In this document: piece after piece, positions 8,426 to 17,511 of the stretch
Layout of the letters: the number at the start of each line of letters is the position of its first letter
Numbering within the stretch: the stretch's first letter is position 1
IMG/VR virus record: IMGVR_UViG_2529293061_000008
Source: a virus
Lineage: Duplodnaviria; Heunggongvirae; Uroviricota; Caudoviricetes
Strand: one strand, 5' to 3'
DNA length: 21,669 bases
The notes under the pieces: model-generated
Databases searched by the model: none
What the model was told of the DNA's origin: nothing
What the model saw: the letters and a program-made list of their open reading frames with translations, nothing else
Program-made: the position numbers and the translations under genes

Positions 8426-9162
8426 CTAATACAAACTCCGTTTACGTCGCATGGCAGGCACCAGATACCAGAGACTGGCATGTTGTTGGTAACTTGCAAG
8501 AGCGCAAATCGGGGTATGTTTTCAGGTATACCAAAGGTGCTCTTAAATCTTCTAAATTTACAAAGTTTAGCGGCATGAGTGATGTTCGTGAAACTTATGT
8601 ATCGGAAGAATTGTTTCCTCTTTTTAAAAATCGCCTTTTATCACCGAGACGTCCAGAGTATCCGAGTTTCATTAAATGGCTTGGATTTGAAGAAGATAAG
8701 GTAAATCCTATCGATATTCTTGCTCGCTCGGGAGGCTTACGAAGCACTGATCAGCTGCAGATTTTCAAAAAAATTGATTTTGATTCTGATGGTAACTTTG
8801 AGCATTTTTTCTTCTTACATGGACTTGGTTACTTGAATAGCTTAGCTAATGCTCGTGTATCTGAATTGAAACCGGGGCAAATTTTGCGTCTTTGCTTGGA
8901 TCTTCAAAATGAATACGATGGGGATGCTGTTGTCGTTCGTGCAGATAAACCAGCTGAAATCGTTGGTTACTGCCCTAGGTATTTAAGTAATGACATCAAG
9001 AAGATGTTATTGGATGATCCAAAATCAATCACTTTAACGGTCGAAAAGATTAGCGATGATGCTCCTCATAACTATCGGTTATTATGTAAATTATCAGGGG
9101 TACTAAGCCAAGCCTGTCAATCGACGCTGATTCCTCAAGATGAGTTTGAACCTATTGAGTAA
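8422..9162 (+). CDS. HipS-like (HipA N-subdomain-like) domain fused to a HIRAN-like domain
   Basis: ATG overlaps kinase stop (ATGA). N-terminal ~115 aa with ELFPLFKNRLLSP and NPIDILARSGGLRS resembles the HipA N-terminal/HipS motifs. C-terminal LKPGQILRLCLDLQNEYDGDAVVVRADKPAEIVGYCPRYLS resembles the HIRAN core. Confidence 0.6.
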   Translation: MTNTNSVYVAWQAPDTRDWHVVGNLQERKSGYVFRYTKGALKSSKFTKFSGMSDVRETYVSEELFPLFKNRLLSPRRPEYPSFIKWLGFEEDKVNPIDILARSGGLRSTDQLQIFKKIDFDSDGNFEHFFFLHGLGYLNSLANARVSELKPGQILRLCLDLQNEYDGDAVVVRADKPAEIVGYCPRYLSNDIKKMLLDDPKSITLTVEKISDDAPHNYRLLCKLSGVLSQACQSTLIPQDEFEPIE

Positions 9163-9164
9163 AT

Positions 9165-9197
9165 GAAGAAAAGCCACCAAACGGTGGCTTTTCTTAT
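9165..9197. terminator. Bidirectional rho-independent terminator (AGCCACC aaac GGTGGCT flanked by A-run and T-run)
   Basis: Perfect 7-bp stem between the convergent cargo operon (+) and portal gene (-). Confidence 0.7.
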
Positions 9198-10237
9198 TAT
9201 GGGGCTATATCTAGCGAGTAGGTATCAAACCGTATCGCCTCCTTGCCAAGCCAATCATTCATCTCCTGTAATCGCTTTTGTAGTGGCATTAGCTCATTTC
9301 GGACGAATACACGGCTTGCCTTCTCCACATCCCCAAACCCCCCAACATTATTCGGCATAATCCCCATCATTTGCGGTGGCACACGGTGCGCTGCCATCAT
9401 GTCATCGCGGCTGACATTTTTGATATTCAGAAACTCATCCTTCGCCGCGACTTCTGACAATGGGATGATCTGAAGTCCGTCCTTTTTGCCGTTAGGCGAG
9501 TACATAAACAGATTGCGGAAGTTACCTGGTCCTTTGGCGCTTTTCATCGCGTTACGGAGGTTGTTTACATCCTCCTGGTTCTGCGCGGCGTCGGTCATGT
9601 ACATGATGAAGCCTGCATGACTGCCGTTAATGTAATACTTTCGACGGAACAGCGTGGCGGACTCGTTGAGCAGGGCTGACGGAATGGCAGAAAGATAACC
9701 AGGCAGGCCGTAGATCTCCTGGTTGATGTCCGGTTCCATCAGATGAAAAATGTTGCCTTTCGTGAACTGATACGGCTGTGTAGTCATGCCGTATTGCACA
9801 AACCAGTAGGTATCAAGGTCTAACCCGCGTCGGGTGTATTTTGCCAGTGCAGGCTCAAGGGCGATAACTTCACCGAAGCGGTTCGTGCGTTTCTCCAGGT
9901 AGGCGTTACCAAAAACCAGATAGTCCTGTACAAAACGCGAAAAAGCCTGCTGGCTGAGCAGCGGGTGAGGGATGTAGGTGCTGGTCAGAATGTTGCACTT
10001 CACTGCAATCGGTGAGCTGTGATGCACGGCGGCGCGGAAGGTTCGCGCCAGTCCGTCGAAACTCACAGGCGGCTCGTACCAACGATCCATCTGTACGCAT
10101 TCCACATAGTCCAGCAGTTCGCGGCGGTCCAGAACAGGAACGGGATCACCGAAGCTGAATGCTTCGGCTGAAGTCTGGCTTTTATGCTGGATCTGTTTCG
10201 TCGACGCAGCGCGGTTCTTCTTACTCTTTCCCATCAA
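9197..10237 (-). CDS. Q: Portal protein (P2 gpQ homologue)
   Basis: 346 aa; N-terminus and length match P2 Q as recalled (P2 Q 344 aa); start overlaps P stop. Confidence 0.9.
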   Translation of the reverse strand: MMGKSKKNRAASTKQIQHKSQTSAEAFSFGDPVPVLDRRELLDYVECVQMDRWYEPPVSFDGLARTFRAAVHHSSPIAVKCNILTSTYIPHPLLSQQAFSRFVQDYLVFGNAYLEKRTNRFGEVIALEPALAKYTRRGLDLDTYWFVQYGMTTQPYQFTKGNIFHLMEPDINQEIYGLPGYLSAIPSALLNESATLFRRKYYINGSHAGFIMYMTDAAQNQEDVNNLRNAMKSAKGPGNFRNLFMYSPNGKKDGLQIIPLSEVAAKDEFLNIKNVSRDDMMAAHRVPPQMMGIMPNNVGGFGDVEKASRVFVRNELMPLQKRLQEMNDWLGKEAIRFDTYSLDIAP

Positions 10238-12000
10238 AAAATCTCCACAATATTGCTGGTATTGGCGGACTCGCCCTGCAGCGGTTCGTTAAACAGTGCG
10301 TGCATTGTTGCCCAGGCCAGATCGGCATGGCTGGCTTCTTCGCTGCGGCTGGCTTCATAGGTCGGGCGGTTGCCACTGGCAGTGGTAGCGCGACGGATTG
10401 CCATAAATGACTGCGCAATGTCGGTGTGCCCGGCGTCAAACTCCAGACGGCGGTGGCTGATAATGTCGTAGGCCTTGAGTACCAGGGCGTTTTTAACGTT
10501 GGGGTTATAGACAAACTCCCTGACGGCAGGAAAAAACGCTTTCACGTTCTCGTAAACCCCGTGACCGACGCCGGTCGAGTCGATACCGATATAGGTCACG
10601 TTATACTGTTCGGTCAGTTTTTTGATGGCGTCAGCCTGGGCGCGGAAGTCCATCCCGCGCCACTGGTGACGCTCAAGAATGCGGAACTTACCACCCGGCA
10701 CGGCTGGCGGAGCCACCACCACGCATCCGGCACTGTCGCCGTTCTGCGTACCTTTTGCCGGGTCATAACCGATCCACACTTCGCGCCAGCCAAACGGGCG
10801 CAGGGCCAGTGCATGAAAGTCGGTCCAGACTTCCCAGCTGTCCACCATGCACGCCTGCAGTTCGCTGAGCGGGAACACGGACGCGAGATCGTCCACGAAC
10901 TCGCACATCAGCAGGTTCTGGTATTCGTCCGGGCTGTACTCCATGCGCAGCTGGTCGAGGTCGAACAGGTTACAGCCGCCGCGCACCGCATCTTCCACGG
11001 TGACTATCTGGCGGTATTGCCCGTCTGCGCACAGTAGGCAGGGGGCCAGATTGCTGTGGGACAGGTCGATGTCCACCTTGTCAGCTTTGTTGCGTCCACG
11101 GTTGAACAGCGCACCGGACCAGAACGGATAAGCACTGTGGGTCAGGCTGGATGGCGTGGAAAAATAGGTTTGTCGCCATTTCTTGTGAATAGCCATACCG
11201 GAAGCCACTTTGCGCAACTCCTGGAATTTCGGTATCCAGAAATATTCATCCAGATACAGGTTGCCGTGGTAACTCTGCGCCGTGCGGGCATTGGTGCCGA
11301 GGAAGTAAAGCGTGGCCCCGTTAGGAAGCACCATCGGATCGCCTTTCAGCTCCACCTCGACTTCTTTGGCGAAGTCGATGATGTACTGCTTAAAGACGTG
11401 AGCCTGTGCCTTACTGGCAGAAAGGAAAATCTGGTTACGTCCGGTAAGCAGGGCGTCAATCAGGGCTTCACGGGCAAAGTAAAAGGTCGCGCCGATCTGG
11501 CGTGACTTCAGCAGGTTGCGGATGCGGTTGGTTTTTCCGGCTTCCCACCAGTGGCGCTGGTAGTTGAACATGGAGGAATGGAAGATTTCTTCCAGTTTCT
11601 CTATCTGTTCATCGGTGAAAACATTCTTTTCCGGCTGACGGCGCGGGCCTTTGTTGCGGTTGGCGACGTTAGGGTTTAAGTCGGCTTCGTTGCCGCCATT
11701 GTTAAACTTGCCGATCCGCGCGTGGCGCTCCGACTGGCGCGCCAGCAGGTCAATTTCTTTGAAATCTTTCCCTTCTTTGTGCTCCTTCATAATGAGCTGG
11801 CAGTAACGTGCGGCGGTGGTGAGCTGCATCTGATCCAGCGGCCCATAGTCACCCCACTTGTCGCGTTTCTTCCAGCTGTGAACGGTTGCAACTTTCTCGC
11901 CCAGCATTTCAGCAATGCGGGCTACGCGGTATCCCTGAAAGTACAGCAGCATGGCCTGCCGACGGGGATCGAGATCTGCGGGTGTCAGTGTGGTGTTCAT
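10234..12000 (-). CDS. P: Terminase large (ATPase) subunit (P2 gpP homologue)
   Basis: 588 aa; extensive resemblance to P2 P as recalled (e.g. VATVHSWKKRDKW, SRSEEASHADLAWATMHAL). Confidence 0.9.
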   Translation of the reverse strand: MNTTLTPADLDPRRQAMLLYFQGYRVARIAEMLGEKVATVHSWKKRDKWGDYGPLDQMQLTTAARYCQLIMKEHKEGKDFKEIDLLARQSERHARIGKFNNGGNEADLNPNVANRNKGPRRQPEKNVFTDEQIEKLEEIFHSSMFNYQRHWWEAGKTNRIRNLLKSRQIGATFYFAREALIDALLTGRNQIFLSASKAQAHVFKQYIIDFAKEVEVELKGDPMVLPNGATLYFLGTNARTAQSYHGNLYLDEYFWIPKFQELRKVASGMAIHKKWRQTYFSTPSSLTHSAYPFWSGALFNRGRNKADKVDIDLSHSNLAPCLLCADGQYRQIVTVEDAVRGGCNLFDLDQLRMEYSPDEYQNLLMCEFVDDLASVFPLSELQACMVDSWEVWTDFHALALRPFGWREVWIGYDPAKGTQNGDSAGCVVVAPPAVPGGKFRILERHQWRGMDFRAQADAIKKLTEQYNVTYIGIDSTGVGHGVYENVKAFFPAVREFVYNPNVKNALVLKAYDIISHRRLEFDAGHTDIAQSFMAIRRATTASGNRPTYEASRSEEASHADLAWATMHALFNEPLQGESANTSNIVEIF

Positions 12001-12046
12001 GGCACAAACCTACAGCCTTGAATGAAGGCTTTCCCCGCCTGCGGTT

Positions 12047-12064
12047 TGTGTGGTTGTCGGTACA
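12047..12064. promoter_or_regulatory. TGT-N12-ACA dyad in the P/O divergent intergenic region; candidate late-activator (Ogr/B-type) site
   Basis: TGTgtggttgtcggtACA read from sequence; centre is 55.5 bp from the P start codon and 87 bp from the O start. Confidence 0.45.
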
Positions 12065-12142
12065 AATACCGCGCATTGTTTCACTGCCCCCATCACCGCA
12101 ACCATAAGGCTCCAGTAAGTTATTTCTAACGGAGCACGGCTC

Positions 12143-12976
12143 ATGACAGTGAAAGCAAAGCGTTTTCGCATCGGGGTGGAAGGTGCCACCACCGACGGAC
12201 GCGAAATCCAGCGTGAATGGCTGGAACAGATGGCAGCCAGCTACAACCCGGCGGTGTATACCGCGCTGATTAACCTTGAGCACATCAAGTCTTATCTCCC
12301 GGACAGCACCTTTAACCGTTACGGCAAGGTGACGGCGCTGTTTGCTGAAGAAATCACGGAAGGCCCGCTGGCAGGCAAGATGGCGCTGTATGCCGACGTT
12401 GAGCCAACGGAGTCCCTGGTGGAATTGGTGAAAAAAGGCCAGAAATTATTCACCTCTATGGAAGTCAGCCCGAAGTTCGCTGATACGGGCAAAGCCTACC
12501 TGGTCGGCCTGGCTGCCACTGATGACCCTGCCAGTTTGGGTACGGAAATGCTGACATTCAGCGCCAGTGCAGCCCATAACCCGCTGGCAAACCGCAAGCA
12601 GAATCCCGCCAATCTCTTTACCGCCGCAGAGGAAACGGTGATCGAACTGGAAGAAATCCAGGAGGACAAACCGTCCCTGTTTGCCCGTGTCACGGCGCTG
12701 TTTACCAAAAAAGAGCAGTCCGACGATGCCCGGTTCTCTGATGTGCATAAGGCCGTGGAGCTGGTCGCCACTGAGCAGCAAAACCTGAGCGCACGCACCG
12801 AAAAATCCCTGTCTGAGCAGGAAGAACGTCTGTCTGAGCTGGAGACTGCCCTGCAGGCACAGCAGACCGCCTTTAACGAACTGGTGGACAAGCTGAGTCA
12901 TGAAGACAGCCGCCAGGACTACCGCCAGCGTGCAACAGGCGGTAACGCCCCCGCTGACACTCTGACCAATTGCTGA
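12143..12976 (+). CDS. O: Capsid scaffolding protein (P2 gpO homologue)
   Basis: 277 aa; resembles P2 O as recalled (INLEHI, YLVGLAATDDPASLGTE). Confidence 0.9.
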   Translation: MTVKAKRFRIGVEGATTDGREIQREWLEQMAASYNPAVYTALINLEHIKSYLPDSTFNRYGKVTALFAEEITEGPLAGKMALYADVEPTESLVELVKKGQKLFTSMEVSPKFADTGKAYLVGLAATDDPASLGTEMLTFSASAAHNPLANRKQNPANLFTAAEETVIELEEIQEDKPSLFARVTALFTKKEQSDDARFSDVHKAVELVATEQQNLSARTEKSLSEQEERLSELETALQAQQTAFNELVDKLSHEDSRQDYRQRATGGNAPADTLTNC

Positions 12977-12992
12977 TGGAGCACAAAACCCG

Positions 12993-14051
12993 ATGAAGAA
13001 GAATACCCGCTTTGCTTTTAACGCTTACCTGCAGCAGCTGGCGCGTCTGAACGGTGTGGCAGTTGAAGAACTGTCCAGCAAGTTCACCGTAGAGCCGTCC
13101 GTGCAGCAGACGCTGGAAGACCAGATCCAGCAGTCCGCCTCTTTCCTGACGCTGATTAACGTCACGCCAGTGACTGAGCAGTCTGGTCAGTTGCTGGGGC
13201 TGGGTGTTGGCAGCACCATTGCCGGAACCACTGATACCACCGCGAAAGAGCGAGAACCTGTCGATCCGACGCTGATGGTCGATGTGGAATACAAATGCGA
13301 ACAGACCAACTTTGACACGGTGCTGACCTACGCGAAGCTGGACCTGTGGGCGAAGTTTCAGGATTTCCAGGTGCGTATCCGTAACGCCATCGTGAAACGT
13401 CAGGCACTGGACCGCATCATGATCGGCTTTAACGGCGTGAAGCGTGCGAAAACCTCCAACCGTAGCGAAAACCCGCTGCTGCAGGATGTGAACAAAGGCT
13501 GGCTGCAGAAAATCCGTGAGGATGCACCGGATCACGTCATGGGCAGCACCACCACGGGCGGTGAAACCACACCGGGCGCGGTGAAAGTCGGGAAAGGTGG
13601 CGAATATGCCAACCTGGACGCCGTAGTGATGGATGCCGTCAATGAGCTTATCGACGTGGTCTACCAGGACGATGACGATCTGGTGGTGATTTGCGGTCGT
13701 GAACTGCTGTCTGACAAGTATTTCCCGCTGGTCAACAAAGAGCAGGAAAACAGTGAAAAACTGGCTGCCGATATGATCATCAGTCAGAAACGCATGGGTG
13801 GTCTGCAGGCGGTGCGTGCGCCGTTCTTCCCGCCGAATGCGCTGCTGATCACCCGTCTGGATAACCTGTCCATCTACTGGCAGGAAGATCCCCGCCGCCG
13901 TTCAGTTATCGACAACCCGAAACGTGACCGGATTGAAAATTTTGAATCCGTTAACGAAGCCTATGTGGTTGAGGACTATCGCTGCGCTGCACTGGTGGAA
14001 AACATCCAGATTGGTGACTTCAGCGCCACCGCAGCAGAAACCGGAGCGTAA
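12993..14051 (+). CDS. N: Major capsid protein (P2 gpN homologue)
   Basis: 352 aa; resembles P2 N as recalled (TRFAFNAYL, QDFQVRIRNAIVKRQ). Confidence 0.9.
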   Translation: MKKNTRFAFNAYLQQLARLNGVAVEELSSKFTVEPSVQQTLEDQIQQSASFLTLINVTPVTEQSGQLLGLGVGSTIAGTTDTTAKEREPVDPTLMVDVEYKCEQTNFDTVLTYAKLDLWAKFQDFQVRIRNAIVKRQALDRIMIGFNGVKRAKTSNRSENPLLQDVNKGWLQKIREDAPDHVMGSTTTGGETTPGAVKVGKGGEYANLDAVVMDAVNELIDVVYQDDDDLVVICGRELLSDKYFPLVNKEQENSEKLAADMIISQKRMGGLQAVRAPFFPPNALLITRLDNLSIYWQEDPRRRSVIDNPKRDRIENFESVNEAYVVEDYRCAALVENIQIGDFSATAAETGA

Positions 14052-14054
14052 TTC

Positions 14055-14705
14055 ATGAGCCTGAGTCCCGCACGGCAGCATCGCCTGCGCGTTCAGGCTG
14101 AACAGGCCGCTCGCGAGGGTGGCAGTGTTCGCCACGCGTCGGGCTATGACCTGATGCTGCTGCAACTGGCGGAAGACCGCCGCCGTCTCAAGGGCGTTCA
14201 GTCCACGGTCAAAAAAGCGGAAATCAAGGTGGAGCTGCTGCCGAAATATGCCGCCTGGGCGGAGGGCGTTCTGGCTGCCGGAGGCGCTCAACAGGATGAC
14301 GTGCTGATGTACGTGATGCTGTGGCGCATTGATGCCGGAGATTATGCAGGGGCGCTGGAGATCGGGCGTCATGCCCTGCGTCATGGCTGGGTGATGCCGC
14401 TGGGTAACCGCAACGTGCAGACCGTGCTGGCAGAGGAAATGGCAGACGCGGCGCAGAGCGCAATGCTTGCCGCCACCGGCTTTGATGCCGATCTGTTGCT
14501 GCAGACGCTGGAGCTGGCAGACGGTCTGGATATGCCGGACCAGTCACGGGCGCGTCTGCATAAAGCGATTGGCGCTGTCCTGAGTGAAAGCAACCCGGCT
14601 TCCGCCCTTAATCATCTCAACCATGCGTTACAGCTCGATCCTCGCTGTGGCGTGAAAAAAGACAAACAGCAGCTGGAGCGCAGACTGCGCAATGACAGCC
14701 GCTGA
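14055..14705 (+). CDS. M: Terminase small (endonuclease) subunit (P2 gpM homologue)
   Basis: 216 aa; gene order and resemblance to P2 M as recalled (DDVLMYVMLWRID, GALEIGRHAL). Confidence 0.85.
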   Translation: MSLSPARQHRLRVQAEQAAREGGSVRHASGYDLMLLQLAEDRRRLKGVQSTVKKAEIKVELLPKYAAWAEGVLAAGGAQQDDVLMYVMLWRIDAGDYAGALEIGRHALRHGWVMPLGNRNVQTVLAEEMADAAQSAMLAATGFDADLLLQTLELADGLDMPDQSRARLHKAIGAVLSESNPASALNHLNHALQLDPRCGVKKDKQQLERRLRNDSR

Positions 14706-14800
14706 CAGAACGTGCCCCCGCGCACGGGCGGCACGGGGTGGCGAAAGGCACTGCCACATCAAAACCCCGTCCACCGCCCTCTATTTCAGGAGAAAGCAGC

Positions 14801-15265
14801 ATGAAGTTTGTTGCGCCAGAACAGGCACCGGAACAGGCGGAAATCATCAGGAATACGCCGTTCTGGCCTGATGTGGACCTGTCGGAGTTTCGCAGCGTGA
14901 TGCGCACTGACGGCACGGTGACGCAGCCGCGTTTAAAGCAGGTTGCGCTGTCGGCAATTTCGGAGGTCAACGCAGAGCTGTATGAGTTTCGCAGACGCCA
15001 GCAGATGCTGGGGTATGCCTCGCTGGCAGAAGTTCCGGCGGAACAGCTGGACGGCAAAAGTGAGCGCATTCAGCACTATTTCAACGCGGTTTACTGCTGG
15101 GCACGCGCCATGCTCAACGAACGATACCAGGACTATGACGCCACGGCGTCCGGTGTGAAGCGGGGCGAGGAACTGGCGGAAGCAAGCGGTGATTTGTGGC
15201 GTGACGCCCGCTGGGCCATCAGCCGGGTGCAGGATGCGCCGCACTGCACAGTGGAGCTTATCTGA
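14801..15265 (+). CDS. L: Head completion/stabilisation protein (P2 gpL homologue)
   Basis: ATG 14801 with CAGGAGAAA RBS; position after M; 154 aa. The tabulated ORF start at 14738 is a non-ATG upstream extension. Confidence 0.8.
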   Translation: MKFVAPEQAPEQAEIIRNTPFWPDVDLSEFRSVMRTDGTVTQPRLKQVALSAISEVNAELYEFRRRQQMLGYASLAEVPAEQLDGKSERIQHYFNAVYCWARAMLNERYQDYDATASGVKRGEELAEASGDLWRDARWAISRVQDAPHCTVELI

Positions 15266-15468
15266 TGAAAGTGCGTGCGCATCAGTATGACACGGTGGAC
15301 GCGCTTTGCTGGCGTCATTACGGGCGCACGCAGGGGGTCACGGAGCAGGTACTGAAGGCAAATCCGGGGCTTGCCGAATACGGCCCCTTTTTACCTCACG
15401 GGCTGCAGGTGGAGCTGCCGGACATTCCGACCACCACCACCGTGCAGACCGTCCAGCTATGGGACTGA
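15265..15468 (+). CDS. X: Tail protein X (P2 gpX homologue, LysM-like)
   Basis: 67 aa, same length as P2 X; start overlaps L stop. Confidence 0.8.
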   Translation: MKVRAHQYDTVDALCWRHYGRTQGVTEQVLKANPGLAEYGPFLPHGLQVELPDIPTTTTVQTVQLWD

Positions 15469-15471
15469 ATT

Positions 15472-15687
15472 ATGACGCTTGAGCGAATCAGCGCCTTTAT
15501 CACGTATTGCATCGCCGTCGTGCTGGCCTGGCTGGGCGATTTGTCCATCAAGGATGCCTCAACGCTGGGCGGCCTGATGATTGGTGTACTGATGCTGGCT
15601 ATCAACTGGTACTACAAACACAAATCCTACCAGCTTCTGCGCGACGGGCAGATCTCGCGGGAGGACTATGAATCCATCAATCGTTAA
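15472..15687 (+). CDS. Putative holin (small two-TMD membrane protein)
   Basis: 71 aa with two hydrophobic segments and charged C-terminus; directly upstream of the endolysin. Confidence 0.6.
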   Translation: MTLERISAFITYCIAVVLAWLGDLSIKDASTLGGLMIGVLMLAINWYYKHKSYQLLRDGQISREDYESINR

Positions 15688-16180
15688 ACGCTGCCTTGTC
15701 GGGGCCGTGCTGGCTATTGCTGCCACGCTGCCGGGTTTTCAGCAGCTTCACACCTCCGTGGAGGGGCTGAAACTGATTGCTGATTACGAAGGCTGTCGTC
15801 TGCAGCCGTATCAGTGCAGCGCGGGTGTCTGGACCGACGGCATTGGTAATACATCGGGCGTCATTCCCGGCAAAACAATCACGGAACGACAGGCAGCAGA
15901 AGGGCTGATCTCCAACGTGCTGCGTGTGGAGCGGGTACTGGAAAGGTGTGTGAAGCAACTGCCACCACAGAAGGTGTATGACGCTACGGTGTCGTTTGCC
16001 TTCAACGTGGGGACGGGCAATGCCTGCAGCTCCACGCTGGTGAAATTGCTCAATCAGCGGCGCTGGGCGGATGCGTGCCGACAGTTGCCGCGCTGGGTTT
16101 ATGTAAAAGGTGTGTTTAATCAGGGGCTGGATAACCGCCGTGCGCGGGAGATGGCCTGGTGTTTACAGGGAGCAAACTGA
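15668..16180 (+). CDS. Endolysin, T4-lysozyme-type (GH24) with N-terminal signal-anchor-release (SAR)-like segment
   Basis: N-terminal hydrophobic KRCLVGAVLAIAATLPGF followed by EGLKLIADYEGCRLQPYQCSAGVWTDGIGNT (lysozyme catalytic region). Confidence 0.8.
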   Translation: MNPSIVKRCLVGAVLAIAATLPGFQQLHTSVEGLKLIADYEGCRLQPYQCSAGVWTDGIGNTSGVIPGKTITERQAAEGLISNVLRVERVLERCVKQLPPQKVYDATVSFAFNVGTGNACSSTLVKLLNQRRWADACRQLPRWVYVKGVFNQGLDNRRAREMAWCLQGAN

Positions 16181-16181
16181 A

Positions 16182-16559
16182 ATGAAAAAGAAATTAATCA
16201 GCGGACTGTTTCTGATGTTATGGATGGCGCTGTTAATCGCAGCAATGGTGTATCCGCAGGGGATTTTTCCGGTACTGGCAGCGTCCGGCGTTTGGGTAGC
16301 CTGTTTGCTGACATGGGCGGTAATTCCGGTAGCACTGGCTGCGTTAATTAAGAATGGCCCGCTCTGGCAGGAGTTAAGGGCATCTTTACTGAAGACAATT
16401 ACCCGAAAAGAAAACGTATTTATCAGTTGGGTGATGCGATTGCTGATTGTTGTAAGTCTCGCCTGGACGGGGGGGGCTATTACCCTGGTCTTTTATCTAC
16501 TGACCGTTATTGCCTTCTGGATCACCCGTAATCAGATGGCGAAACAGGTAGCAGCATGA
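16182..16559 (+). CDS. lysA: LysA-like integral membrane lysis protein
   Basis: 125 aa, four hydrophobic segments, position as P2 lysA; ATG 16182 after GGGAG RBS. Confidence 0.65.
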   Translation: MKKKLISGLFLMLWMALLIAAMVYPQGIFPVLAASGVWVACLLTWAVIPVALAALIKNGPLWQELRASLLKTITRKENVFISWVMRLLIVVSLAWTGGAITLVFYLLTVIAFWITRNQMAKQVAA

Positions 16560-16984
16560 ACCGGTTGCTGCTGGTTGTGCTGGCGTTATTACTGGCGGCG
16601 CTGGGCTGGCAGACGTGGCGGCTGGCTGATGCCAGCCAGACCATCAGCACGCAGGCAGACGAGCTGCAGAGCAAAAGCCAGGCACTGGCAAAGAGCAACA
16701 GCCAGCTTATCAGCCTGTCCATTCTGACTGAAACCAATAACCGGGAGCAGGCGCGGCTCTATGCCGAAGCAGAACAGACCAGCACGCTGCTGAGACAACG
16801 ACAACACCGGATCGAGGAACTGAAACGTGAGAACGAGGATTTACGCCGCTGGGCTGATACTCCTTTGCCTGCTGACATTATCCGGCTGCGGAAACGTCCG
16901 GCACTCACCGGAGGTATGGCTTACCGTCAGTGGTTGTCCGCGAGTGACGCCGTGTCGGCTGGATCAGGCAACGCCGCGCACTAA
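16556..16984 (+). CDS. lysB: i-spanin (Rz-like; P2 LysB equivalent)
   Basis: N-terminal TMD, coiled-coil-like middle region; start overlaps lysA stop (ATGA). Confidence 0.75.
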   Translation: MNRLLLVVLALLLAALGWQTWRLADASQTISTQADELQSKSQALAKSNSQLISLSILTETNNREQARLYAEAEQTSTLLRQRQHRIEELKRENEDLRRWADTPLPADIIRLRKRPALTGGMAYRQWLSASDAVSAGSGNAAH

Positions 16985-17117
16985 CGGTGATCTGAACGCG
17001 TTGCTGGATGAAACGGAGGCCGCCTGGGCGGTCTGTGCAGACAAAGTGGACATGATTATTGCGTGTCAGGAGCGAAACAGTGAACAAACCACAATCCCTG
17101 CGCCACGCCCTCAATAA
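16827..17117 (+). CDS. lysC: o-spanin lipoprotein (Rz1-like; P2 LysC equivalent), overlapping lysB 3' end in another frame
   Basis: Signal peptide with lipobox LTLSGC, Pro-rich mature region; GTG start 16827; overlapping architecture typical of spanin pairs. Confidence 0.7.
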   Translation: MRTRIYAAGLILLCLLTLSGCGNVRHSPEVWLTVSGCPRVTPCRLDQATPRTNGDLNALLDETEAAWAVCADKVDMIIACQERNSEQTTIPAPRPQ

Positions 17118-17511
17118 AGCGGTGCCTTATGTCCGCAATAACCCGGACAAACTGCATCTGTTTGTGGATAACGGTTCGCTGGTTGCCACGGGGGCCAGCT
17201 CCATGTCGTGGGAGTACCGTTACACACTGAACGCGGTGATTGAGGATTTCAGCGGCGACCAGAATCTGCTGATGGCCCCGGTTTTGCTGTGGCTGAGGGA
17301 TAACCAGCCCGATGCCATCAATAACCCGGCGTTACGGGAAAAGCTATTCACCTTTGAGGTGGATATTCTGCGCAACGATGTCTGTGATATCAGCCTGAAC
17401 CTGCAACTGACGGAACGTGTGCTGGTCAGCACTGACGGCAGTGTGTCGAGCGTTGAAGCTATAGCGGAACCTGATGCACCTGAAGAAATGTGGACGGTGA
17501 AACGTGGCTGA
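17080..17511 (+). CDS. R: Tail completion protein R (P2 gpR homologue)
   Basis: GTG 17080 preceded by AGGAG gives N-terminus VNKPQSLRHAL..., resembling P2 R as recalled; the tabulated ORF start 17059 is an upstream TTG. Confidence 0.75.
   Translation: MNKPQSLRHALNKAVPYVRNNPDKLHLFVDNGSLVATGASSMSWEYRYTLNAVIEDFSGDQNLLMAPVLLWLRDNQPDAINNPALREKLFTFEVDILRNDVCDISLNLQLTERVLVSTDGSVSSVEAIAEPDAPEEMWTVKRG

Noticed and set aside
9163-9360. Plus-strand 65-aa ORF after the HIRAN gene
   Set aside because: Starts inside the bidirectional terminator and lies antisense to the 3' end of the portal gene; no RBS; likely spurious.
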